Assembly: GCA_965209055.1 (NCBI GenBank)
Contig: OZ242374.1
Coordinates: 4,032,001-4,096,000 of the forward strand
DNA length: 64,000 nt
Direction: 5' to 3'
Origin: Acidobacteriota bacterium
Lineage (GTDB): Bacteria; Acidobacteriota; UBA6911; RPQK01; JAJDTT01
The notes beneath the pieces are model-generated. The model was not told the origin of the DNA and searched no databases. It saw only the letters and a program-made list of their open reading frames with translations. This document shows positions 36,909 through 45,517 of this stretch, piece after piece; positions within the stretch are counted from its first letter, which is position 1; each line of letters begins with the position of its first letter. A program made the translations under genes and the position numbers.

Positions 36909-38651
36909 TCAGTCGCCCAGGACGTTGTTTCGAATGCCGAAGATATTGTTGGGATCGGTGGACCGCTTGATCTCCTTCAGGAGCCGAATACCTCGGGAAG
37001 AGAGAGTGTGTTTCATGAACCCACTGCGGAGTTTACCGACTCCGTGGTGGTGGGAAATGGACCCGCCCGCATCGATGATGGCCTGGCGCAGTGAATGCTC
37101 GATCTCGCTGAAAACGGTTTCCGGGTCGTCCACGCCCTTGGCGTAGAAGCCGAACATGAAGTAGATACAGACTCCCGTGTGGTAGACCTGGGTGATTCGA
37201 TAGGAGACATAGGGGCGTCCCGGCAGTTCCAGCTCTTGGTGCCGGGCCTGAGCCCGGGCCACGACGGCGTCGCAAACCTGGTGTATTCGGTTCCAGGGCA
37301 CCGAGGTCTCGAAGGTCTCTCCCAGGATGTGGAAGTCCGACAGGAAGTCCCGGATATAGGCGATGGCGAAGGTGAGCCGATAGCCGCGGCGGCCGTTCTC
37401 GGCGCCGCCCGGCAGGCCTCCGTACTCATTGGCCAGTTTGTAGAGGCCCTTTTCCTGAAAGGCGACCTCTTCCTGGGATCCTTCCATGAGGATGGTGGCG
37501 GCGGACATCTGATGGGGATCGAACCCCTTGACCTTGAGCACAAAGAATTTCTTCAGCTTGTCCAACCAGGCGGCCGATCCGGTGGGCCTCGGCTTCAGGG
37601 CCTGGCCGAAACGGAATTGCACGTTGTCCACCAGACGGATGCTGGCGGGTACGAATCTGGTTTCAGCCAAGCTCCGAAGGAAGGCGACACCCTTGGCAAA
37701 GTCAGGAAAAACGAGGGAGCCATACTTGCGGACCTGGGGCCGGGGATGGATCTTGATGATGGCGCTGGTGATGAGACCCAGGTTGCCTTCGCTTCCAAAG
37801 AAAAGACTCTGGGGTTGCATCCCCATGGAGACGCGGGGAGAGGCCGTCAGATGCTCCACCCGGCCGGTGGGCGTGATCAGTGTCACTTTTTCGACAATGT
37901 CCTCGATGTTGCCGTATCGATTCTTCTTCATCCCGCTGGCATTGGTGGCGATCCATCCTCCCAGGGTGGAGAGTTCGATGCTGTCGGGTTCGTGACCGGA
38001 GACGAAACCGGCCTTCCCGAGCTGGCGTTCCAGTTCCTCCCCCGTGATGCCCGCTTGGACCAGCGCCCGCTGGTTCTCGCGATCGATCCATTCGACGCGA
38101 TTCATCCGCCTCATGTCGACGGAAACGATCATGCGTTCTTCCGAGGCCGGAAGTTTCAATGCGCAACTGACGCTGGTGCCGCCGCCGTAGGGAACGAGGC
38201 AGACATCTTGTGTCCGGGCCAGCGCCACCAGCATCGCACAATCTTTCTCCGCTTCGGGGTAGATGACCATGTCGGCGACACGGTCCAGTTGGGAATAGAC
38301 GACCCGGAAGACTTCGTCGGCACTGGTCTGCCCGTGGCTGTGGATGAGTCTCTCGCGGTCGTCGAAGGTGTATTGATCGGGGCGGTAGAAATTGGCCAGA
38401 CGACGGCAGAACCGGGTGTTCTTTCTGGGGGCGGGCACCGGTTTGGGATCGACCTCGGGTCGTTTTTTCTTGAAATCGGGATCGAGTCCCAGGACTTCTC
38501 TCACGTACGGGAGGAAGTCGCGCATCTTGTAGCCGCACAGCTCGTAACGGTCACCGGTGAGTGTCACCGAGTCGTCGTCGTTGAGCACGAATCGGGTGTC
38601 GGCGAATCCCCAACGGTGCCCCCAGATCGGATCGTTTTCTCGACTGGTCAT
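36909..38651 (-). CDS. alkyldihydroxyacetonephosphate synthase (AGPS, FAD-linked)
   Basis: PYGGGTSV, GHEPDSIELSTLGGW..TNASGMKKNRYGNIED, GSEGNLG, SIRLVDN, FETS, CIYF, GGSISHHHGVGK. Confidence 0.88.
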   Translation of the reverse strand: MTSRENDPIWGHRWGFADTRFVLNDDDSVTLTGDRYELCGYKMRDFLPYVREVLGLDPDFKKKRPEVDPKPVPAPRKNTRFCRRLANFYRPDQYTFDDRERLIHSHGQTSADEVFRVVYSQLDRVADMVIYPEAEKDCAMLVALARTQDVCLVPYGGGTSVSCALKLPASEERMIVSVDMRRMNRVEWIDRENQRALVQAGITGEELERQLGKAGFVSGHEPDSIELSTLGGWIATNASGMKKNRYGNIEDIVEKVTLITPTGRVEHLTASPRVSMGMQPQSLFFGSEGNLGLITSAIIKIHPRPQVRKYGSLVFPDFAKGVAFLRSLAETRFVPASIRLVDNVQFRFGQALKPRPTGSAAWLDKLKKFFVLKVKGFDPHQMSAATILMEGSQEEVAFQEKGLYKLANEYGGLPGGAENGRRGYRLTFAIAYIRDFLSDFHILGETFETSVPWNRIHQVCDAVVARAQARHQELELPGRPYVSYRITQVYHTGVCIYFMFGFYAKGVDDPETVFSEIEHSLRQAIIDAGGSISHHHGVGKLRSGFMKHTLSSRGIRLLKEIKRSTDPNNIFGIRNNVLGD

Positions 38652-38882
38652 CGCTATTTCCCATTTTACTGCTTGTGCCCGGTCACTTGCTGAAGTATGG
38701 CCGTGGATCGGGACACCGATTCCCGTGTTCTCGCGTGCGAGTGGTCACACCGAAAGTGATTTTTCACACCGAACGTGTGATGCGCAACTCCGGGCGCTTC
38801 GAATCAAGAGAGGCCGTCCGGTCTACCATGGTCATCACACTGCCGCCGTCCGCCAGCGCCCGGATCGGCTGGCGCCATGCGT

Positions 38883-39749
38883 TCAACGGACGAATCGAAA
38901 CCGGATTTCCCGGCGGGAGCGCGCGTGCCACCAGGTCTGGAAGTCCTCCGCGGGTCGAATTTCCGGGTTCAGGATACGGGCTCGAAGGGTGACCGGCAGC
39001 GGGTCCTGATCGAAGGGGTACGGGTCGACGGCGACTCGGCGTTCGCCGGTCGGAAGAACACGGAGTGAGACTCGATCGTTCCAACACCTGCGCGGAATCT
39101 CCCGGAGAGTTCGCTCCTTGTCTCCACCGAAACAGAGGTGGAGCGACAGCGCGTCGCAAAGTTGCAGCAGGCGGATGTGAGGGTTCAGGTGGCGCGGCTT
39201 GACGGCGGCGGCCCATTCGGGATCGCGCTTGATGCGTTCCGTGAGCAATCCCTGCAGAGCCTTTTGTTCGGCAACGAACTCCTTGGCTTCTTCCAGTTCT
39301 CTGCCTTTGGGTGGAGGCCACTCAGCGGGGATTCCGAACAGGGGATGGAGGAATGCCGGCGTGTGCCCGGCCTGGACGCGTGGCGCGTGCAGCCAGTAGG
39401 CATGCAAGCTGATGAGCAGGGCGATATAGGGATGGTGGTGCCGGAAGCGGGATACGCCCAAGTGCCACCGCCGGAGGCCGTCGGACTGTTTGAGGCTCGT
39501 CAGATCCAACGGGAGGCCGTCGGAGGGGTCGATTTGGGGGTCGGCCTCCCACTCCCACCAGCCGTTGTCGTGCTCGGCGATGGCGAGGACGGTTTCGGCT
39601 CCCAGCGCTTCGGGGTCGGGGAAGGGTGCGTATCGACCGGGGCGGGCGAATTCGTGGTTGCCCCAGTGGGCGGCCAGGTAGCCGGCGGCCGCAGCGTGCT
39701 CCGGCTGCGAGATGCACCAGAGTTCGCCGCCCACCGTGCGCTTGAGCAT
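38883..39749 (-). CDS. DUF3891 family protein
   Basis: ISQPEHA, HWGN, AIAEHDNGW, ALLISLH, LQLCDALSL, DPYPF. Confidence 0.8.
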   Translation of the reverse strand: MLKRTVGGELWCISQPEHAAAAGYLAAHWGNHEFARPGRYAPFPDPEALGAETVLAIAEHDNGWWEWEADPQIDPSDGLPLDLTSLKQSDGLRRWHLGVSRFRHHHPYIALLISLHAYWLHAPRVQAGHTPAFLHPLFGIPAEWPPPKGRELEEAKEFVAEQKALQGLLTERIKRDPEWAAAVKPRHLNPHIRLLQLCDALSLHLCFGGDKERTLREIPRRCWNDRVSLRVLPTGERRVAVDPYPFDQDPLPVTLRARILNPEIRPAEDFQTWWHARSRREIRFRFVR

Positions 39750-39784
39750 GGTTCCTCGGAACGGGTGATCCTGAGGCCGGAAGA

Positions 39785-39988
39785 TCAGCCTTTCGAAAGG
39801 CGGCCGGCCCTCCAGAGCAGGAAGCCTGCCGCTGAGAGCAGGAACAGCGTCAGCAGCAGCTTCACCGGCCAGAGATCGAAAGTGTAGTAAAAGGAGGCCA
39901 ACAACAAGAGGCCCACAAGCAACAGGAGCCAACCGCTGTATCGATATTCGCCGCGCCGTTTCCGCTCCTGGCTATCTCCGGTTTCCAT
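39785..39988 (-). CDS. small two-TM membrane protein
   Basis: two strongly hydrophobic segments in 67 aa. Confidence 0.55.
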   Translation of the reverse strand: METGDSQERKRRGEYRYSGWLLLLVGLLLLASFYYTFDLWPVKLLLTLFLLSAAGFLLWRAGRLSKG

Positions 39989-40079
39989 GCCTTTGGCAGC
40001 CTAGCAGCCTGAAGCCCAAGTCTCTACCGCTCCACCGGTGGCGTGGCGACTCCGTTGTCGGAACCGGGATTCCGCCGAG

Positions 40080-40970
40080 TCAGGATCCCGGAACCGGTTG
40101 CAGGCGTTCCCGCGCCACGCCGGTCAGGAGAAGTCGATGCCGGAGCGAGGTCAGCGTCCGCTTCATGGATGTTCGGGCGATGGATCTCACGAGGGGAGCC
40201 ACGATCGGCTTGAAGATGCCGGGGTAGCCGCGGCTCAGGGACAGCGATTCGCATTCCACCACCACGCCGCCGTCGATCTGCTGATATCTCCAGTAGGAAT
40301 TGAGGCCCCACAGGAATCCCCGGTCGTGTCCGGGGACCTTTTCACGCTCTTGGGGAGTGTGGAGTTTCTCCAGCTCGGCGATACGGGTGGCAATGCTCCG
40401 GCATGAGGCCCGGAACGGATCGTGCCAGCGGTAGTGGACCAGGTGTTCCGTGTTGTAGGCGACGGTGACGATTTTCTTGCGAACCAACTTCAGGTAGATG
40501 CGCAGGGAGTTATCGTCCCGTTCCAATATTTTCGTTTCCAACACGTCTTTTTGCGGAGGCACATTGGGGTCCGGATAGCGCAGGCGATGGATGACCTGTT
40601 CCAGACGGACGGAAGGAATCAGAATGGTTCCCCGCCAGTGGTGGATCATTCCACCGGGGACTTTGACGGTTTGGCCCCGGGCATCCTCCGTTTCCATCCG
40701 GGCGACCGTGACCTGGCCCGAACGGACCCGTTGCCAAGTCACCCGCGCTTCGTTCATCCGACCGAATTCGTGTCCGAGGAACCTCTTCTGCGATGCCAGC
40801 TCGTTGCCGATTCTTTCCTCGGTGAGCCGAACGTATTTGTCCCAGGCCAGCAGGGTCTCAGGTTTCAACTCGGCTCCGTGAACCCTTGAGCCCGGGAACA
40901 GGGGGTACCCCGCGGCCAGGACGATGGTTGCCAGCGCCAACCACACCTTGATCGATGAAATTGGTCTCAT
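40080..40970 (-). CDS. exported hypothetical protein (paralog of 44358-45317)
   Basis: signal peptide; ELKPET, IHHW, NTEH, TRIAE, GHDRGFLWGLNSYW, ECESLSLSR. Confidence 0.75.
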   Translation of the reverse strand: MRPISSIKVWLALATIVLAAGYPLFPGSRVHGAELKPETLLAWDKYVRLTEERIGNELASQKRFLGHEFGRMNEARVTWQRVRSGQVTVARMETEDARGQTVKVPGGMIHHWRGTILIPSVRLEQVIHRLRYPDPNVPPQKDVLETKILERDDNSLRIYLKLVRKKIVTVAYNTEHLVHYRWHDPFRASCRSIATRIAELEKLHTPQEREKVPGHDRGFLWGLNSYWRYQQIDGGVVVECESLSLSRGYPGIFKPIVAPLVRSIARTSMKRTLTSLRHRLLLTGVARERLQPVPGS

Positions 40971-40971
40971 T

Positions 40972-41397
40972 TCATTTCTCCTTGGCGGCCTGTCCGAAGA
41001 CCAGCCAATGGCTGGAAAAGTAGTTCAACGTGGAGCAGGAAGCGATGGCCATCAGGTTGGCCGGCAGGTAGTGAAAATTCAGGCCGGCCACCAGGAACTC
41101 CATCAGAAACAGGTTTTGGACGATGGAGACCGTGCCGACGGTCATGTTGAAGCGAAGCAACCGGCCCAAGACACTCGTTTCCGCCGTTGCGGTGCGGTCC
41201 GACCACGTCCAACGCTCATGCCACCAGAAGTTGTGCAACACCGCCATCTCCACGGCCAGGGCGGTGGCCGGCAGGTAGTGCAGGTTCCAGACACTGCGCA
41301 CAAACATGAGAACGGTGATCTGAACCAATACTCCCATCAGGCCGACGGCGTTGAATCGGGCCCATCGGATCAAGTGTTCCATCTCGGGATTCCTCAT
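40972..41397 (-). CDS. GtrA family membrane protein
   Basis: RFNAVG, LHNFWWHERWTW, RF, four TM segments, NY...WLVF. Confidence 0.88.
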   Translation of the reverse strand: MRNPEMEHLIRWARFNAVGLMGVLVQITVLMFVRSVWNLHYLPATALAVEMAVLHNFWWHERWTWSDRTATAETSVLGRLLRFNMTVGTVSIVQNLFLMEFLVAGLNFHYLPANLMAIASCSTLNYFSSHWLVFGQAAKEK

Positions 41398-42170
41398 TTC
41401 CGGTTGCGGTGAGACCCGGTGAAGGCCGATCCCATGGGACCAAATCCGGTGGAGGGGAAACGTGGCAGGCTGATGGGAAGGGGCCGCTGGAAACGTGGCC
41501 TGGGTTCGGCGCGGTGCAGCCTTCGCGTGTGCCGGAGGGCGGAGACGGCGAATGTCAGGGCCAGACCCAGGATGCCGGCCATACCGCCGACGTCGAAGAG
41601 GTTGAAGGACCCCAGCTCTCCAAGTCCGACCACCGGCTTGTAGAAGAGAAAGACCGTGCCTGCGGCCAGCAGGAGTCGCAGTTCCGTCGGTCCGACCTTC
41701 AGGAAGGAGAGCCGAAAAACGCCGAGGACGTGGGTCGCGAGATAGATCTCGGCGGAGACCAGCAGATACGCGATCAGCAGAGCGAGCCCGACGATGGGGC
41801 TCATGAATTCGGATGCCGCCAGGCCCCCCAGCAAAAACAACGTTCCGGCCAGATCCAGGACATGATCGACGTAGTAGCCGTAACGCGGCCTCTGCTGGTT
41901 CCGCACCCGGGCCAGCGTGCCGTCCAGACTGTCACCGAACCAGTTCAGAACGAGGCCTGCCACGACCAGGAACAAGGCCCGCCGGTCCCAGGAAGCCGCG
42001 CAGTAGGAGAGGCCCACTCCCAGCATGGCCAGGACTCCCAGAAGGCTCAGATGATCGGCGTTGACCCAGGCCGGGAGCCGCCGGGCGATCCACACCAGGA
42101 GTCTCCTTTCGGCGGAGGCCAGGATGCTGTCGTGATGCCGTACGTGTTTGAAACCCTTTTGTCTCCTCAT
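41394..42170 (-). CDS. CDP-alcohol phosphatidyltransferase family protein
   Basis: DSLDGTLAR...GYYVDHVLD signature, GPTELR; RBS GAGGAG. Confidence 0.9.
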   Translation of the reverse strand: MRRQKGFKHVRHHDSILASAERRLLVWIARRLPAWVNADHLSLLGVLAMLGVGLSYCAASWDRRALFLVVAGLVLNWFGDSLDGTLARVRNQQRPRYGYYVDHVLDLAGTLFLLGGLAASEFMSPIVGLALLIAYLLVSAEIYLATHVLGVFRLSFLKVGPTELRLLLAAGTVFLFYKPVVGLGELGSFNLFDVGGMAGILGLALTFAVSALRHTRRLHRAEPRPRFQRPLPISLPRFPSTGFGPMGSAFTGSHRNRK

Positions 42171-42274
42171 GAAGCTCCTCCGTGATTCACTTCCGCAGCC
42201 GAAAACCCGCCGGGTGCGTCCCGGCAGATATCGGCCGCACCGAGAGGGAATGTGAGAACGGCGAGAAAAAGGGC

Positions 42275-43795
42275 TCAGGAGGATCGGTCGGATGAAGGTG
42301 GGACCGGTTCGAAGACGGCCCGTTCGGTGGCCGGCTCGACCAACAGGAAGACGACAGTGTAGCTGACGGCTACGGCGGCCAGGCATCCGGCCAGGAGTTG
42401 TTCCTGGGTGACGATGAGGGCGGCGCCGAGGAGGAGGCAGAGGGAGAAGAGTCCATCGACCCGCCGTTTCCATCCGCGGACCCGGTTCAGTTCCGCGTCG
42501 ATGGCGGAACGGTTGAACCTTGCCGTGAACAGGAGGTGGGTGCGGATGGTGCCGTTGCAAAGGGCACAGCCCAGCACCAGAAAGAAAAGACCCAGGGGCA
42601 GCGCCGTGGCGACCGGCGCCTGGGAGGCAGCCTGCTTGAACTTCCAGGCGCCGAAGACCATCACCGCGTAAAAAATGACCACGGCTGACTGGTGGAACAC
42701 CCACCAGCCGCCGTGAAGCGATGCACGGGATCCCAGAGTGTCCCTGGATTTGCCTGTGATCTTCGATTCGAGGCGCTGCACCTGCGCCAGGAGCTCTTCG
42801 GTGGATTGAAAACGGTCGTCCGGATCCTTCTCGAGACAGCGCGCGAGGATCGGTTCCAGCATGGACGGCGGCCCGACGGCGTCGGACCGGCCGGGTCTGC
42901 CCTCCAGGATCCTGGCCACCGTCACCAAAGGAGTCTTGCCTTCGAACGGGTGGCGGCCCGTTGCCAGCTCGTACAACAACATTCCGAAAGAGAAGAGGTC
43001 GGAGCGGAAGTCGGCTTCCTGTCCCTCCAACTGCTCGGGGGACATGTAGACCGGGGTGCCGAGAACGGTTCCTTCCTGCGTCAGGCGCTGGCTGTGGGAG
43101 GGTTCCGGCGTGGGAAGCGCCAGACCGAAATCGACGATCTTCAGATTCCCCTGCGCATCGAGTAAAACGTTTTCCGGTTTGAGGTCCCGATGGACCACTC
43201 CGTTGGAGTGGGCGGCCCTGAGGCCCTGGCACACCTGAGTCGCTACCCGGAAGAGTTCGGGGAGGGGAACAGGCCCCTGCTCGATTCGCGATCGCAGATT
43301 CTCCCCCTCGACGTACTCGCCGGAGATATAGAGCCCACCGTCAATTTCTTCCAAGGCATAGACGGCCGCGATGGCGGGGTGATTGAGGGAAGCCGCGACT
43401 TTGGCCTCGCGGCGGAGCCGCCGCCGTTGTTCGACGTCGCGGCCCACGAGTGGAGAGACTGCCTTGAGAGCCACGGTACGGTCCAGACGCGTGTCGACGG
43501 CGCGGTAGACGACCCCCATGCCACCCCGTCCCGCCTCGCCGAGAATCCGGTACGGGCCCAGTGTGTCCCCTGCCGTCAGGAGACTGGCGGCCGTTTCGAC
43601 GCCGGCTGGTTGAAACAGGTTCCCGTCCAGGAAGGCGGTTTCAGAGTCGTGGTGAGACAGAAGCGACAGGACCTCGCGGGTCAGCTCCGTGTCGGGGGAA
43701 CATTCCCGCCGGACAAAGTCCTCCCGCGATTCCGAATCGTGTTCCAAGGCGGCCTCGAAGATCTCCTTGACTCGCTGAAACGTTCTCGGGTTCAT
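42275..43795 (-). CDS. Hanks-type Ser/Thr protein kinase with C-terminal TM helices
   Basis: GRGGMGVVY, VALK, HRDLKPEN, DFGLA, GTPVYMSPEQ, DLFSFG; N-terminal RVKEIFEAAL motif typical of ECF-linked kinases. Confidence 0.93.
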   Translation of the reverse strand: MNPRTFQRVKEIFEAALEHDSESREDFVRRECSPDTELTREVLSLLSHHDSETAFLDGNLFQPAGVETAASLLTAGDTLGPYRILGEAGRGGMGVVYRAVDTRLDRTVALKAVSPLVGRDVEQRRRLRREAKVAASLNHPAIAAVYALEEIDGGLYISGEYVEGENLRSRIEQGPVPLPELFRVATQVCQGLRAAHSNGVVHRDLKPENVLLDAQGNLKIVDFGLALPTPEPSHSQRLTQEGTVLGTPVYMSPEQLEGQEADFRSDLFSFGMLLYELATGRHPFEGKTPLVTVARILEGRPGRSDAVGPPSMLEPILARCLEKDPDDRFQSTEELLAQVQRLESKITGKSRDTLGSRASLHGGWWVFHQSAVVIFYAVMVFGAWKFKQAASQAPVATALPLGLFFLVLGCALCNGTIRTHLLFTARFNRSAIDAELNRVRGWKRRVDGLFSLCLLLGAALIVTQEQLLAGCLAAVAVSYTVVFLLVEPATERAVFEPVPPSSDRSS

Positions 43796-44352
43796 GCGTT
43801 CAACTCGCGTCGCAACCAAGCTCGGGAGAGCGCCCACCAGCGTTTGGTGGTGGCGGGGGAGATACCCATGACCTCGCTGGTTTCCGCTAGTGTCAGGCCT
43901 CCGAAGAACCTGAGCTCGACGAGTCGGGCCTGTTTTGGATCCAACTCGGCGAGAGCCCGCAGTGCTTGGTCCAGAGCCATGAAATCGATGGATCGCGCAT
44001 TCTGGCCCAGAGTCTCGTCGATGAGAGTCACCGCATGCTGCCCGCCGCCCCGCTTCCGGGCCATTCTCGCTCGTGCCCGTTCCACCAGGATCTGCCGCAT
44101 GGAACGGGCCGCGATACCCAGCAAATGAGCTCTGTCTTTCCAATTCACCTGCTTCTCGCCGAGGAGTCGAAGGTACGCCTCATGGACCAGGGCCGTGGCG
44201 GGCAGCGTCTGGCGGGCCTCCCGGCGCATGTAGTTGCCGGCCAACCTTCTCAGTTCCTGATAGACAATGGGGAAGAGTTGAGAAAGGGCGTTCTCATCTC
44301 CGGATCTGGACTCGTGGATCAGCCGCGCCATTGCCTGGGGATTCTCAGGCAC
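43792..44352 (-). CDS. ECF sigma-70 factor (kinase-associated type)
   Basis: VYQELRRLA, TLPATALVHEAYLRL, MRQILV..AR...KRGG, VELRFFGGL, TTKRWW. Confidence 0.93.
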   Translation of the reverse strand: MPENPQAMARLIHESRSGDENALSQLFPIVYQELRRLAGNYMRREARQTLPATALVHEAYLRLLGEKQVNWKDRAHLLGIAARSMRQILVERARARMARKRGGGQHAVTLIDETLGQNARSIDFMALDQALRALAELDPKQARLVELRFFGGLTLAETSEVMGISPATTKRWWALSRAWLRRELNA

Positions 44353-44357
44353 TACCG

Positions 44358-45317
44358 TTACTCCTGGCCGCCGGGGATCGGTGGCGCATTGCCCCCTTTG
44401 AACCGACGGCCCGCGGGAATCCTATCAACCGGTGTGACCGTCGCAGTCGCGTGGGACCTCGCTTCACGAGGGATATACGCCCAATCGACCCATCGTTTTG
44501 CATTCCGCACTCCGCCTCGGAGTCTGTCCGTCACGGCCTGGCGAGTGCCTCGCAGAGTGTTTCGAAGAGCCTGGCGGGGGACGCTTGTCACGAGCGGTTT
44601 GAGCATCCAGCGGAGCGCAAAGGGAATCTTCCGGGAAAGAGAAACGGCCCAACATTCGGTGGCCACCCCGCCCTCCCGCTCCTCCAGGTGCCAATAGGCG
44701 TTCAGTCGCCACATGAAGCCGCGGTCGTCGCCGACCGGCAATTCCCGCTCCTTGGGTTTTCCCGCATCCTTGACCTCGGCGATTCTGGTGCTCCGCGACA
44801 CACCCCGCCAGCGTTTCGGAGACACCTGCGAATAGACGACCTCGTGTTCGGTATTGAAGATCACGGTCAGGATCTTCTTCATTCTGAGGCGCTGGTAACC
44901 TCGGAGACTGTACCCGTCGCGACTCAGGAGTCTGGAATCCAGAACTTCCGGGTACCATTCCCGGTGGCGGTCGAAATCCATCAGCACCGACAGGACGTCG
45001 GCGGAAACCGCGCCGGGAATGAAGACGGCTCCCAGCCAGACGTTGATCCTGGCGCCTGGGACTTCAGGCAGGTCTTTCAGTTCGTCGATCAGGATCTGGC
45101 CCCGCTTCAGCGCCGCCCGGTTCTCGAGGTCCTGGTCAGACCAGAGGAACGGCATTTCCCCGCTGAATCGCTTTTCAAGACTCGCCTCCAGGTCTTGGAC
45201 ATACCGGTCGTAATCCTGGACTGTTTCGGGTTTCAGCTTGGCCCCGGCTGGCGCCGATTCCCCCAGGGACAAGAGGAGAATGACGGCCGGGAGAAGCCGC
45301 AGACATCTCGAAATCAC
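44358..45317 (-). CDS. exported hypothetical protein (paralog of 40080-40970)
   Basis: signal peptide; KLKPET, NTEH, STRIAE, GDDRGFMWRLNAYW, ECWAVSLSR; GTG start inferred. Confidence 0.72.
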   Translation of the reverse strand: MISRCLRLLPAVILLLSLGESAPAGAKLKPETVQDYDRYVQDLEASLEKRFSGEMPFLWSDQDLENRAALKRGQILIDELKDLPEVPGARINVWLGAVFIPGAVSADVLSVLMDFDRHREWYPEVLDSRLLSRDGYSLRGYQRLRMKKILTVIFNTEHEVVYSQVSPKRWRGVSRSTRIAEVKDAGKPKERELPVGDDRGFMWRLNAYWHLEEREGGVATECWAVSLSRKIPFALRWMLKPLVTSVPRQALRNTLRGTRQAVTDRLRGGVRNAKRWVDWAYIPREARSHATATVTPVDRIPAGRRFKGGNAPPIPGGQE

Positions 45318-45517
45318 AGAATCCCGCTCCCGAAGACGATGCTGACGTTCTCCTGCCCGCAGCCGGTGCGCCAAGCCTGGGCTTCCAGCGGAGATAGTAC
45401 GATATTCTTCCGAAGCGGGGAGGCAGGATCGACGCCTTACTGCCAGCCGCCGCGTCTCCGCATCCACCATTGGAACGCTTCGGTCGAGTGTGTGATGATT
45501 CCCATTGCGGGTTGCCC

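Noticed and set aside
42171-43232. 612-aa ORF implying a large N-terminal fusion to CDP-AP
   Set aside because: Overlaps the kinase in another frame; the RBS supports ATG at 42170
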